This document shows, piece by piece, positions 1-12,359 of a DNA stretch of 64,000 bases. The notes beneath the pieces were generated by a model that did not search any database, had not been told where the DNA came from, and saw only the letters and a program-made list of their open reading frames with translations. The position numbers and the translations under genes are program-made. This DNA is from Octopus bimaculoides (Eukaryota), in contig NC_068987.1 of NCBI RefSeq assembly GCF_001194135.2, positions 42,072,950 through 42,136,949 of the forward strand. The letters are read 5' to 3'. How positions within the stretch are numbered: the first letter of the stretch is position 1; every line of letters begins with the position of its first letter.

Positions 1-7
1 CTAATAC

Positions 8-10
<3 letters not shown>

Positions 11-68
<58 letters not shown>
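11..68. repeat. (TA)n(CA)n compound microsatellite
   Basis: Directly visible. Confidence 0.95.
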
Positions 69-69
<1 letters not shown>

Positions 70-1094
70 ACAAAAATAGTAAAATGTTTCACAGGAAGAT
101 GACAAAGAAATATATGGAAAACAGGAGAAAAAAACATCCAATATCAGTTATCAACCAAAAATCTTCACGATTTTGACACCTTATCAATAATATTTTTTAT
201 TTTGGTGGCAACAACTGCAAAACTTTGCTGGAATATAAATGAGTAAGAATGAAGGACAAAATGAGACAAGTACAAAAAAAACAAGACATGATCTGTAGAC
301 TGAACAGTAAAATATATCAAAAAAATGAAAATACAAGGATGGTAATATAAATATATGCAAATAACAAACAACACAAGTATTATTTTATACACACACAGAA
401 AATCTTTTGGCTTTGCGACAGAATTGAGACAAAACATGTGAAACAAAAACGAAGAGAAACAACATAGGTATTTGTTATACATATAAATATACATAAAAGG
501 CCTTTCAGCTATAAGACAGAATTAGGACAAGACATGCATGATAGTAACACTAATAGGAATATATTATATGAAAATTCAAATGGTTATTTCCGGTGGTGTA
601 AACAATCTGTCATGCTGAAGAAAAGGGATGGTAAAAAATGTTTGTCAGAGAGAGAGAGAAAAGTTCAAATGGACACTCTTAACATGTCCATGTGCGCACG
701 CACACACACACAGAGGACAATTAGCTGTGAGTATGTGTGTGTAAGAAAGTATTGAGTATCTGTATATGTGCACATGCCATTAGCATTTGTTTGTGTAGGA
801 ACTAAAAGAAAACTTTTATGATAAATATTGTTTATCCTCAAGTCATAAATGAGTGAAAAATTCCATTGCATTAGTTTCAGTCACTTGTCAAATTTATTTG
901 ATTTATTTTCTAATTAAACTGTGAAATATTCACTTAGTAGGGTAACTCCCATAAATGTTTGATATAATATTTACTTAGTGATGAACTCAATGATCACCTT
1001 GTCTTGATATAGACACAAAAGCTTTAGATTCATCTCCAGTACTTGCCAAAATAATTGTTTCTATTTAGACATAAAATTAGAAATATATAATGAA

Positions 1095-1270
1095 GAGGGC
1101 TACTTGATTACATCAACCTCAGTATTTAACTGGTATATAAATTTACTATTTACTTAAGGGATGAAAAAGAAAGTTGATCTCAGCAGGATTTAAACTCAAA
1201 AAGTAAATAGCTGAAACAAACACCGCAGTGCATTTATTTTAATGGGCTAATGATTGTGCTAATCATTCAC
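1095..1270 (-). mobile_element. Degenerate tRNA-derived SINE, family A
   Basis: Shares aaagttgacctcagc..gatttgaactc and ctaatgattctgc motifs with copies at 3.8, 4.1, 8.3, 17.9 and 39.2 kb; boundaries approximate. Confidence 0.7.
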
Positions 1271-1436
1271 TTTTGTATTTCCTAAAACGATGATAAATAA
1301 TATCAGATAATTAATATTGATTTTCTTCTTAGCATATATCTACTAAGCTTTTTACGGCTTCTGCATCAAATATGCTAATACGAAATAACACTAACAATTT
1401 AAGACTAACTCACCTAAAATGAGGTTTTGACATATA

Positions 1437-2581
1437 CAAGGTGTTCAAGCTAAATATAACAGTTTGCATAAAAGAAAAAAAAACACAATATCCCATCCAA
1501 AAATAAAAGTATCTTTAAAAAGAATAAAAAAATATCAACTAGATTATGGCTGGAAGATAAATTACATGAATTCCTTATTGTGTCCCTGGGAAGATCTTCA
1601 AACACCTCCTTGATCTTTGCCACCAGCTTGGCATTGGTGTTGCTGGCAGAGTAGCTGGTGTTTTTCTCAATGTGCCCTACACACATAATACATGGGATTA
1701 CAATTGAATGAATCAGAAGGCCAGAAATTGGGGTTGGTGAAGTCATAGAAATTCTCTGACAACCACTTCTGACTCTTTCTGGAGGTATGGCAAGGAGCTG
1801 AATCCTGCTATGGCCTTCCAGCAGCAACCCTCTTCAACCAAGGTTTGACCAGTCTCCAGCAGCTTCACATAACTGTCTAAATTGAACCTAAGCCCCTGAA
1901 GACACACCCTAAGATCATCATAGTTTGGAGGAACTTGGTTTTCATGGTATGTGGGGCATCACATGGATTGTAGGCAAACCACCAGTTGTGATGGGCGTTG
2001 TGCAACTGGTCCTGGCAGAAGTTCTTTTCATCTGAGAAAAACGAAATCATTCCCAGCTCAACAAGATGCCTCAGCTTATTCAAGGGATTCTTTAACTGAG
2101 CCAAATATTTCCTCATGGCTTTGGCTGTCAGCATTTGTCCTTTTGCCTTTTGTACAAGTGATAGCGAAGGTTCACATTCAGGGCCAGCTTCATTGTGGTG
2201 ACTCCAACACTCATCTTTCTTGCCAAATCCCAGATTCCCTTGCTCAGATCTTCCATCAACTTGTCCTGCAATTGATGAATACCTGTATGTGGCCACAGTC
2301 AGAATGCTGGCCGAGTCCCTTCCAGCTGTCCGTATCACATCTTTCAGCATTTACAGTGTTCACAGAGAATTGAGCAGTTCTCTTGATGTTGGCATTTTGA
2401 GACCCAGCACAAATCATCATGATACAAGTAACTCTCTTCTAATATTTAGGCAGCTTCCTGTCCACCGAGTCAGCTTTTTACCTACAACTTTAATCTATAG
2501 GCTCTCCAATGCCATTGACTGTTCCCCAATACATCAAGCTGTTCTTGAAAGAGGAGACTTAAAAAGTCATCAAATACCCTG
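1437..2581 (-). mobile_element. Decayed Tc1/mariner transposon, maT (DD37D)-like
   Basis: FFSDEKNFCQDQLHN...MKTKFLQTMMILGCV and QDSAPCHTSRKSQKWLSENFYDF fragments; TA at both ends; weak TIR similarity; frameshifts and internal deletion. Confidence 0.8.
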
Positions 2582-3073
2582 TATTGCTGATTTTAAATAT
2601 ATAAAGAATATTAGTGTTATATTAACTCAAGTTTAATGTATTACATCATTGGTCTTATATGTAAAGAATATAACGTTATATTAATTAGTGTTTACTGTAT
2701 TCTATTTCTAGTTATATATGTAAAGTATGTAACTAGTTTTATATAAGCTAGTGTTTATTGTATTCTATCATTGGTTTTATATGTATAGAATCTAAGTTTA
2801 ATTTTACTTGTGATGCAATGCTTTGAATTCTATGGATTCTACTAACCAATATTGCATCTTAGCACCATTTCTATCAGTCTCTGAAACTTAAATTATGCTT
2901 AATGTCATTAAGTTGATGTAACCCCACCACCTAAAAAAAAAAAAAAAGTATTTCTAAATAGAGAGCTATTGCAGCCAATAATGAGTATAATATTAGCATT
3001 TTACTTTCATGGAGAGAAAGAAACAAACATTTTACAATAAACTGCAACAGTAAATTTATATAATAAAAATCAC

Positions 3074-3190
3074 CTTTTATTTCAGTCTGTGAGTCATTCA
3101 AGCGAGACCGCAAATCCTTCACTGCTAATGATTCTCCATCAATATTAAATTGTAATGAAGTTGTATTGCTACTCACTTCCATGCTGCCGT
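3074..3190 (-). CDS. TPR: TPR exon, 117 bp (YGSMEVSSNTTSLQFNIDGESLAVKDLRSRLNDSQTEIK+G), phase 1/1
   Basis: Acceptor tctttAG, donor GTGATT; phase matches previous exon; last exon found in window. Confidence 0.8.
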
Positions 3191-3811
3191 CTAAAGATTT
3201 AGAAAGAAATAATTAACCAAATTATACATCACCCAACATATTACCAAAATGTCACTGCTCCTCCACCTAATGAACCATTTGCAAAAGAAGTGCTACAAAA
3301 GTATAAGGTAGATTATTTTATTATTTGCAACATAACATTTTTGGCATATAAACAAGATCCCAGTATTAATGACAAGGTAATCAAAGCCACAAAAAACTAC
3401 AGACATTTAGTAAATCTTAATCATAAATGTGAATGGTTGCTTCCATTTTGCAGGAATATCAACAGATAGTGTAGCAGCATGATAACTAAAGACTACAGGC
3501 TTGTGTAATATGAAATCATATCTGCTTCTGGTATTCTAATGTGTCTGAAAAAAGCATTTAACTCTGTAGACATCTAGATATAGAAACATGCAGTGTTAAC
3601 AGATCCGAAGTCATAAAATAACAGACTAACATTCTAGGAGGGATTTATTACTCATATTTTTCATCTATTAACACTTGAATAACGAGCTCAGAATAGGTTT
3701 TAATCTTTCCACTTAGCAACAGGATTTGAACTTAGAATGCATAACAAAACCAGTCACCTTCCTGTTTCTCTGATCTAACTATTTCATCCCAACAGTAACA
3801 ATCATTCATAA

Positions 3812-4018
3812 TAAAGGTACAAGACCTGAAATTTTGTGAGGGGAATCGCTAAATTGAATCAATCCCCAGTACCTGACTGGTGCTTTATTTTATTAACCCT
3901 GGAAGAATGAAAGGCAAATCTACCTTTGGCAGGAGTTGAACCCAGTATGTGAAGAGCTAGAACAAATACTGGAAGGTATTTTTTCTCCCAGTGCTCTAAC
4001 AATTCTGCTGATTCACCA
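3812..4018 (-). mobile_element. SINE family A copy
   Basis: gaatgaaaggcaaatctacctttggcaggagttgaaccc (B-box region on minus strand) plus ccccagtac..actggtgct body. Confidence 0.75.
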
Positions 4019-4054
4019 ATTTCCTCCCATCATTGTAATAATTGTTTCTAATTT

Positions 4055-4225
4055 AGGCACAAAGCCAGCAGTTTAGAGAGTAAGGGGCTACTCAATACTA
4101 CTAATCCCAGTACTTGTATGAAAGGTTGAAAGGAAAACCTGACCTCAGTGGGATTTGAACCCAGAACAAAAAATCAAAAATACTGTAAAGCATTTTGTCT
4201 AAAACTAACAATTCTGTCAAGCATC
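4055..4225 (-). mobile_element. SINE family A copy (tandem to previous)
   Basis: gaaaggaaaacctgacctcagtgggatttgaaccc motif. Confidence 0.7.
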
Positions 4226-4289
4226 TACCCTCATCAATAACACCAACAGTAACAATGCTAATACCAATACTAATAATAATGTTCCTTAC

Positions 4290-4455
4290 ATGATTTAGAT
4301 AGTTTAGTTTCCGCACATGCGAGTTTTGCCTGTGTAGCTGCCAATTCCTGTTTCTGAGTATTTACTCGACGTGTCATTTCAATAATTGTGTCTTTAGACT
4401 TTTGGTGAGACTGAACTTCTTGGTCCAACTGACGGTGTAGGTTGTTCATTTTGGT
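4290..4455 (-). CDS. TPR: TPR exon, 166 bp (TKMNNLHRQLDQEVQSHQKSKDTIIEMTRR...CAETKLSKS+T), phase 0/1
   Basis: Acceptor tttgtAG, donor GTAAGG; open coiled-coil frame. Confidence 0.88.
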
Positions 4456-4789
4456 CTACAAAAATATTTAGGAAAAGAAATATCTGAGCATTTTACTGAT
4501 GGATTAAAACTAATTATTCTCAATGATCTTAAAAATCTTTAAAATTTTTCTCCTTAAATGTTATCACACATTCACTCAAACACTATCTCATCAACTGGCT
4601 GTATTTATTGTATTTATCTTTAAACAGGTGATTAATGAAATAAGGAATGGGAAGAGGGCAGAATTATGATATAACAATTGTGCTTTCCCTCATGATCATC
4701 TTCAACTTACATATAAATGACACTATAATCAGAAGTCTATAGCAGATAGCAGAGTAGGCTTGCAGAGAACTTATTGCCTGGAACACACT

Positions 4790-5660
4790 GAACATCATCA
4801 TCATTTAACATGGTTGTTCCATATTGGTATGGGCTTGACAGTTTGGCAGGATCTGTCGAGGATTGATTTGTGCTCCACTGTCTATTTTGGCATGGTTTCT
4901 ATGGCTGGATACTCTTCCTAATGCCAATGACTTTGCAGCATGTACAGGTTGTTTTTTTTGTGCTACCAACAACAGTGAGGTTGACATGTAGCTTGAAAGA
5001 TAGGAACCCCAAAAGAGCAACTTTAAACTAGGAGACAAAGGATTAAAGTAGTACAGAAGAGACCAGAGCAGAAAAAGTTTATTGCTGTACAGGATCTACA
5101 TGACTACTCATTTTAAAAGAGAGGGTTGGATTGTTTGAAGTTGGAAAGAGAGAAAGAGATTAAAAATAGTGGTGATGAAGTGTTTAGGTAGACTCTCAAG
5201 GTATGAGGTGGGTAGAAGTGAGTGGAATAGAAGGATCAAGAGTGTGGGTGAGTAGAAGTTGCAAGAGAGTATGAGGCAGGGAAAGATGGGGAGTGGGCAA
5301 GGAAAAGTAGGCAACAACTGTAGAGATGTTGAAGGGCAGATGTAGTGAATAGTGGATGGCCAATGATGCATGAGTTAAGGGAGATAGGGAAGAGTAGGCA
5401 ATGACTGACAGGGTGGAGCAGCAGAATAGTAAGACTGGAGAAGGGATTAGAGAGAAATCACATGGTTGTGGTTGCAGGAGTGTGTGGAGGAAGGATAGAG
5501 GAGATACAGTGCATAAAGAGTGAGTGACATATGGTGAGAGAGGAAGAGATAATTGGGGAAAGGGTCTCAGTGTGTAGGTGGGGATCAATGAACGGGTGGG
5601 AGCAAAAGCAGTATTAATTGAAGGGTAGAACAAGTGAAATGGTTCCAATAGGAAAAATAA
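4790..5660 (-). mobile_element. Non-autonomous repeat with RTE-type 3' tail and purine-rich (plus-strand) body
   Basis: catcatcatttaacat...ttccatattggtatggg tail equals reverse of the RTE 3' end at 14650-14722; followed by GA/GT-rich tract. Confidence 0.55.
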
Positions 5661-5694
5661 GTGGTATCAAGATAACTTTATAAATTCATTGGTT

Positions 5695-6440
5695 ATCATC
5701 ATTATCATCATCAATGTCCGTTTTCCATGCTGGCATGTGTCAGACAGCTTGACAGGATCTGGTCAGCAACAAGGCTGCATCATTCTCCATGTCAACCTTG
5801 GTATGATTTCTGTGGCTGGATGTATTTCCAAATGCCAACCGCTTTAAAGTGTATACTGGGTGCTTATTTTCATGACACTAGCACTGGTGAGTTTGCCAAG
5901 TAACTTGCAGAACAGGAACAAAAAAAAAAAAGGGAAAAAACCCTCTCAGTTGGGTGAGGGTAGTGTTTGAGAGGGTGGATATGTGGCTTTATGCCAGTGA
6001 TAGATAGATTTGTCTTGTTCTGCATTACATAAGGATTAGTGGGAAAATCTGGAAAAAAATAAGATGGCAACAAGGTACCAGAGAAAATTCCTTAAAGAAC
6101 AAGAAATGTTATGGGCTGTGTATCAGAAGACAGGATGGCAGTTGTAGGGGATGATGAGCAAGGCACAGAAACAATGGGGAAGGAGATGAGGAGGTTCATG
6201 AGGGTGGTTGAAGTGAGTGGGGGCATGGTGATAGACAGAGGGCACAAGGGATAAGTTGAGAGAGATGTTAAAATGAAGTATAACAGAGAGGGTGAATAGA
6301 TGAAGGCATATGGGAAGGGATGATAATGAGAATAAGGGATGGAAGTTGGGGAATGCAACAGGCCTAGGATCTGTGATGGTCATAAATATTACCCATATGA
6401 TCAAGAATTCAAAACAGCTTATAACCATGGAGTCAAGTAT
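5695..6440 (-). mobile_element. RTE-tailed repeat family copy
   Basis: catcatcaatgtccgttttccatgctggcat tail; cactagcactggtgagtttgccaagtaacttgc middle; GA-rich body. Confidence 0.65.
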
Positions 6441-6899
6441 CTGGATAAAATGCTACTTCACTTCATTTAACTATCTAGGTGTAAAATACAACTGTTTACA
6501 ACTGTTGTTACATTTAAATCCCAAGTCAACTAATGACAAATTAAAAGCATCCTACCCATGAGCAATCCAACATTTTGCCTATGTTGGACTACATTGCTTA
6601 TATATTACATTGCTTATATATTAAGTTATTTATAAGGTGTAATGTGAAAATTTGGCTGCAATTTCCTGTAGGACAAAAAACAAGTGTTTTTCCACAATAG
6701 GTTGATAAACTATCAAATTAGTAAGAACCCATACTAATGTAGAAAACATTTCTAAAATTTATGCACACACACAAATATACACAAAGAGGGGAATAAAAAT
6801 AATATTAAGCAAAAGTATTAAGTTGCAGAGTACAATATGTATATACATACAGGATGCATACGTATTTTCAGAGCAGCTACCTTAGCTAATTATGTCTAC

Positions 6900-7270
6900 A
6901 TAACAAAAGCTATCAACTACTAGTAATGAGCCATCCAGGCAATCAAGGGGGTCTATTTCTGGTGTGTTCATATATATATATATATATATTGCTCCAATGC
7001 ATCTATTGCATAGGTTCTCTGCTAGTCTGTCTGCAAATCCACTACATCTCGTGTCCACAGCTTATATTGAGTACAACATATGGAGTTTATACCAACTCCT
7101 TTGCTGCGTATTGAGCAAGGCAATTTCCCTGAAGGTACTAGGGTCCTGTCTTCCTTCCTAGTAACTAAAACTTTCATCTTTGCTAAGTTTATCATAAGAC
7201 CTCTCAATTTACTTACATCTTTGTACATGACTTCGACAGGTCTCACAAGCCATCTATCAACACCTAGGTG
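6900..7270 (-). mobile_element. RTE LINE fragment (RT C-terminal part with Cys-rich insert)
   Basis: GLMINLAKMKVLV...PCSIRSKGVGINSICCTQYKLWT; paralogous to 13420-13760. Confidence 0.8.
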
Positions 7271-7444
7271 ATATCTATTTAGATATCAAACAACAGTAGG
7301 ACCACTTTGATCAAAATCATTAAAGTGACAATATTCTTCTATGATTGGTATCATGTTATGAAATCTGTGCATTAGCCATTAACTTTATTTCAATACTAGC
7401 AAAATTAGAGTCAAACTAAGAGCATCATCATCATCATGACATAC

Positions 7445-7585
7445 CTCTAAGGCTTTAATGGTTGCTTTAAACTCAGTTTCTGTATTATCCATCTTTCTTC
7501 TTAAATTAGTCAATTCTTTCTCTCTAACATCAACTTGATGTTGCAGCCGAGATTTGGTTTCATTTTCAACTCTTTCCATGTTATT
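7445..7585 (-). CDS. TPR: TPR exon, 141 bp (NNMERVENETKSRLQHQVDVREKELTNLRRKMDNTETEFKATIKALE), phase 0/0
   Basis: Acceptor tttgcAG, donor GTATGT; aligns to human GILERSETETKQRL. Confidence 0.93.
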
Positions 7586-8097
7586 CTGCAAAATAATAAC
7601 ATAAACATTCAAGACAAACATCACATGTAAATATGAAATAGAAACTATTACTATATTTTCTGGTGTAAAGATGCAACTTTTTCTATTAAAAACAAGCTGT
7701 GAAAGATGTACCCTGCATCTGATGGGTATTCATTCTTAGCTTAAATTGAAGAATGTTGAGTTAGGAGGTCGTGTCTTGGTGTGAAGCAAAACAAAATGAC
7801 TTCACAAGTGTATGAATTCATAATCTATAAGCAAGTAACCTGATACATTTTCTACTTGGCTATTGTACTAATTATAAGAAACAAACACAGGAAAAGCTAA
7901 AAAAAAAAAAAAAAAAGTGCAATAGAACAAGCAGGAAATAAATTGGAAAATTTCAAGAATAATTTGAAGATCTCTGAGGATAGCAGTTCCTAAATAGGCT
8001 TATATTCACTGAAACATACATTATTCATTGATTTTACATCAGGTGCATAATTCTTGCACCTGTAATATTTGTAATATTTTTCTATGTACATTGACCT

Positions 8098-8320
8098 TTA
8101 ACTTTTATGTTACCATAGTCTTGTTGAAATAAGTTGTCTTTGTTTCAATATATTTTGAAAGTAGAACTTAGCGAAATAATTTTGGCATTATTAACTTGGT
8201 ATTTGGAACAAAAATAAAGAAATTCTAATAGAATGATTTAACTTAGAACTCTAGAAAACAAGTAGTTTGTACCACAGAAGAAGAGGCAGTGTCAGGTGGG
8301 TTGGTATCAAAAGAGTTGAA
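8098..8320. mobile_element. MITE with piggyBac-like CCCTTTTG/CAAAAGGG-type ends (degenerate)
   Basis: Reverse-complement similarity to 48697-48890 (tttggaaca, ttgtttcaat motifs); ends ggtatcaaaagagttgaa. Confidence 0.5.
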
Positions 8321-8337
8321 TAATGATTTATAACATA

Positions 8338-8475
8338 GGCACAAGTCCATAATTTCTAATAAGTGGACACATTTGATTTATATTACTCTCAGTACTTAAC
8401 TGGTGTTATTTTATTAATTTTGTGAGACTCCAAGTCAACCATGATAGGATTTGAACTCAAAATTAAGAGACATAC
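8338..8475 (-). mobile_element. SINE family A partial copy
   Basis: caagtcaaccatgataggatttgaactc; cagtacttaactggtg. Confidence 0.6.
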
Positions 8476-9669
8476 AAAACACCAAACTCTACATATTCTA
8501 GCCTAATAGATAATCTTATGTTATAAAAGAGAAGATGATCTCTTTCTGTCTGTCACAAGATATATGTGAAGGAGGTGAAAAGTTGTTGTTGAGAGAGTGT
8601 GTGATAAATAGGTAGTGTTGTCACCATAGTAACTAGCAAGTTTTGATTAAAAACATGGGAATTTAAAGTGCAAGTTTGTCAACACAACACAAACTTCAAA
8701 AGAAAAAAAACTTTTATTATACAATATACATAATTATTTTTTTGCTTGTTTGTGTGTTTGTGTTTCTGTATGTTTTTCAATATGGAGACAATACTAAGAA
8801 ATTCAGCGAGAGAAAGTGTGTATGTAAGAAAGATAGTTAAAATTTGTTTCAAGAAAAAAAAAGGTTGTTGTTGAGAGAGGGGGGGGGGGAGAAAGAGAGA
8901 ATGTATGTGAGAAAGATAGATAGATAGAGTGTTGTCACCAAAATAACTGAGACTTTCACTATGTAACAGCCTACTGTTAAAAGATATGTATGATTCACAT
9001 ATACTTTTACTAGCAGTGAAGCAATGGGGAAGACCTAATTAAAAATAAACATAACCTTCAATACCACAGCTAACTAAACCATTAAATCACTGAGATAGTA
9101 ACTTAACACTTATCTACGTAACACTCAGACATCTTCTCATTGAGGTTATGTTGTTTTGTCACTTTGATGATTAAAACAATGGCCTAACAACCTATGTAGC
9201 AGTAAACGGATACCATTATAATATACAAAGTAAGTGTACAACTATTTTACTAGCTTGCAAAACTGTAATCCTTTCATGGGCCCTAAAGAAGCCAGTGTAT
9301 CCTCTTGAACCACACAGGAATACAAAATCCTCAACAGTGTCTCTATGATGCTAAGTGCCGTTCTATATGTGTATGAATGTCTGGCTGAGGTTCCCTTACA
9401 CTTTACCACTTGCCCAGAGCCCACATCAACACATTTTCACTCTAGCATTCTAGCATTTCAACAATCTCACCAAATCAACATTTCATTGTGCTTACATTGA
9501 TTGTAGCTGTTCTAAGCTTGTGGACTGGATGGGAAGAATGAGTGAAGCATCAGAAATGAAGAGGATTTATACAAATGTCTGCCTAAAGGCAGTGTGCTCT
9601 TGCATATATCCGAATAAGCAGTACAAGTTTTATTGCTCAATGAATTACCACATCCTTCTCGTGGACAAA

Positions 9670-10290
9670 GGCAACATTGGCAACATCATCATTATTTAAC
9701 ATCTGCCTTCCATGCTGGCATGGGTCGGTGAGTTTGCAAGCCAAAGAGCTGCACGAGGCTCCATTGGTACAGTTTCTATGGTTGGCTGCCCTTCCTAATG
9801 CCATCCACTTTACAAATTGCAGTGTCTTTTTATGTGACCCAACACTTGTGGGGTAGCCAAGTAACTTGCAAGACAAAGACCTATTGGCTGAGACAGGGAG
9901 TGGTACTGAAGTAAGTGGCTTTGTACTAGGTGAGAAGTTAGAGTATAATACAGGCATAGACAGGTGTCTTGCTATAGAGGAAATACTTGGCTACATCAGT
10001 AGGAAAAGGAGGTGAGGGAAAGATAGAAAGAAATAGTGTTGGAGATACATTACAGAAGGGCTAGAAGGGAAATGTTTTATAAGAGTGTGATGGTGAGAGA
10101 AATTGGAGTGGTTGTGGGGATGTATGTGCAGATAGGCATGTGAGGGAAAGTGGAGCAGCCTGCAGTGGGTGGTGAGATGGAAGAGATGTTGAAAAGATCG
10201 GTTGTGGAGGAGTTTTGAGAGAGGACAGATGGTGTGTGATGGGGGGGGGGAGCTCGTAAAGGACATGCCTCTATGTATGGATGACCATGA
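9670..10290 (-). mobile_element. RTE-tailed repeat family copy
   Basis: catcatcattatttaacatctgccttccatgctggcatggg tail; gtggctttgtactagg...gtcttgctatagagg middle; purine-rich body. Confidence 0.65.
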
Positions 10291-10479
10291 TTTTACTTAG
10301 CTTGATGCAGAAAAGATGTTGGTAGAAATTCCATATAGTGTATCCAGTGCAAACTGTGGACATATAAGAGGTGCAGTGAAATCACAAGAAGATTAGCAGA
10401 GAAAGCAGATTTTATGTATGGCAGCAGCACATGAACAATACTAAATAAGAATACACAGGAATAGATTTTCTCAGTTGCC

Positions 10480-11060
10480 CAGGAAGATTCTTAGGCATAA
10501 GAGATAAGATGTTACCAAGGTGACCAAATTAACAGTGGAGGAGGATTCTCTGAAAGTGAAGTCACTAGAGTGGGAACTGGCTAGAAAAGGCCGAGAGCTA
10601 TTACCTCTGTTGGTAACAAAAAGCTTCTCTCTCAGAGTTAAAGACATTATATGATGCTTGTGTACAAACAGCAATGCTACACAGCTGTGAAACATGGGCC
10701 ACAAATGCAGAGGACATGAGAAAGACAGAAACAAATGAAGCTAGCATGCTCCATTGAATGTGCTACATCAGTGTGCATGCATGACAAAATGCAAATGCAT
10801 TGAGAAAAATTGGGCACAAGAGGGATCAGATGTAGTGTGCAGAAGAGAAGATGGTGATGGCATTGCCACATGGTGCACATGAATGAGGATAGCTGCAAAA
10901 ATGGGCCAATTGCTAAATGTGAAAGGAACTTGTGAATGGGAGAGACACAAGAAGACAAGGGGGAAAAAGTAGTGAATAATGACCTCCAGGTCATGAGCAT
11001 CACAGAAAAGATGACAAAAGGGTGGAATGAGTGGTGATTTGCTGTGCTTAAGACAACCTG
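10480..11060 (+). mobile_element. RTE LINE 3' coding fragment
   Basis: gagagctattacctctgttggtaacaaaaagcttctctctcagagttaaag matches RTE copy at 13810-13900; many stops. Confidence 0.8.
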
Positions 11061-11149
11061 CCCATCTAAACGAAAATGGTCCTAAAAGTATAGCATTTAT
11101 GTCTCTACTCCTGATCCAGTCTATCCCTGACAAATCTCTCCACCACAAC

Positions 11150-11940
11150 TCATCTTTTTAAAACCCACCCCTCTATCATTATTCTGACTACAGCATTATT
11201 CACTAAGCTGCTATAATTATAAGTTCAGAACTGAACATATTTCATCTCCATAACACCTTTTCTGGAACCACTTCATTTGTCTCCTGCAGTTTCGTTATCA
11301 TCCCTTACCACTGTTTTCCACAGAACACCCATTTTATTTCCCTTTTACCCTGCCACTACCTCTGTTAATTATCCACTATTTCCAGCTTGTGATGTTCTCC
11401 CTTCCCACACTCTACATCATCTTTTTTGCCATGTTACCTCCCTGACCCACTTTTATTTCCTTCCTCTTTGACCATGACTAACAGTGCCCCAGCTGGGTTC
11501 ATTATTCACCTCTATCTCCATCTGTCTGCCACTTTCTTTCATTCTCAATAACTTACCAAACCACTCACCCTGTCAATCCGCTACCGTTTATCTTATATTC
11601 ACATCCTTGTAACTTGAGGGTACACCTTGACACCTCTTCACCATCTCTCTTTTTCAACTGGGATACCCATGTATCTCCTCAACAACAAGACACCTGTTCC
11701 TATCTCTCTATTATACTTTAACCTCTCATCACCTGCAGGTTACTTGTTGAATTCACTAGTACTGGTGCCATGTGAAAAGTACACAGTACACTTTAAAATG
11801 ATTGGCATTAAGAAGAGCATCCAACCATAGAAACCATGCCAAAGCAGACAGAGCTCGGTGCAGTCCTCTGGCTCACTGGCTCCTGCCAACCATCCAATTC
11901 ATACCAGCACAAAAAATGAACAATAAATAATGATGACAGG
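11150..11940 (+). mobile_element. RTE-tailed repeat family copy (plus orientation, pyrimidine-rich body)
   Basis: Ends gattggcattaagaagagcatcca...ccatccaattcataccagcacaaaaaatgaacaataaataatgatga. Confidence 0.65.
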
Positions 11941-12043
11941 CAACAGTCTGCAGAAAACCTGCCACAACAAATTTTGTCTGAGCATATCAACATGAAACAG
12001 TAGACATTAAAATGAACAGAATATTACAGATGGAGCAATGTAC

Positions 12044-12217
12044 CTGAATAGTTTGTAAGTTGGATAATAATACATTTTGGCTGTGTTGTTCTTTCAACAT
12101 GTTCTCCTTCTCTTGAACAAGTCGTTGTTCATTCGCTTTTAATAGATCACGTTCAGTTGTCAGGTTTTGACAACGGACTTGAAGTCGAGACACATTTGAC
12201 TGAGCTGTTACCAAATC
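12044..12217 (-). CDS. TPR: TPR exon, 174 bp (DLVTAQSNVSRLQVRCQNLTTERDLLKANEQRL...QNVLLSNLQTIQ), phase 0/0
   Basis: Acceptor tttctAG, donor GTACAT; aligns to human ...QNLLLTNLQTIQ. Confidence 0.95.
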
Positions 12218-12359
12218 CTAGAAAGACACAGAAAAAAGTAAGCAGTCATTTAATACATTTCTTACAAATGTATTACATAAATAAAAGTCAATTCAATACA
12301 GAACATTTATTATATCATAGTACAGTAATATTATATGAATGCAATCACTCAATAAAAAA

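Noticed and set aside
1-3073. Next TPR exon (needs a phase-1 start)
   Set aside because: Candidates near 997-1020 and 1330-1375 lack an open TPR-like frame with valid splice sites, so the exon is probably left of the window.
5108-6428. Several 70-150 aa ORFs rich in P/S/L/H
   Set aside because: They are read-through of low-complexity purine/pyrimidine-skewed repeat bodies, with no domain signal or splice support.
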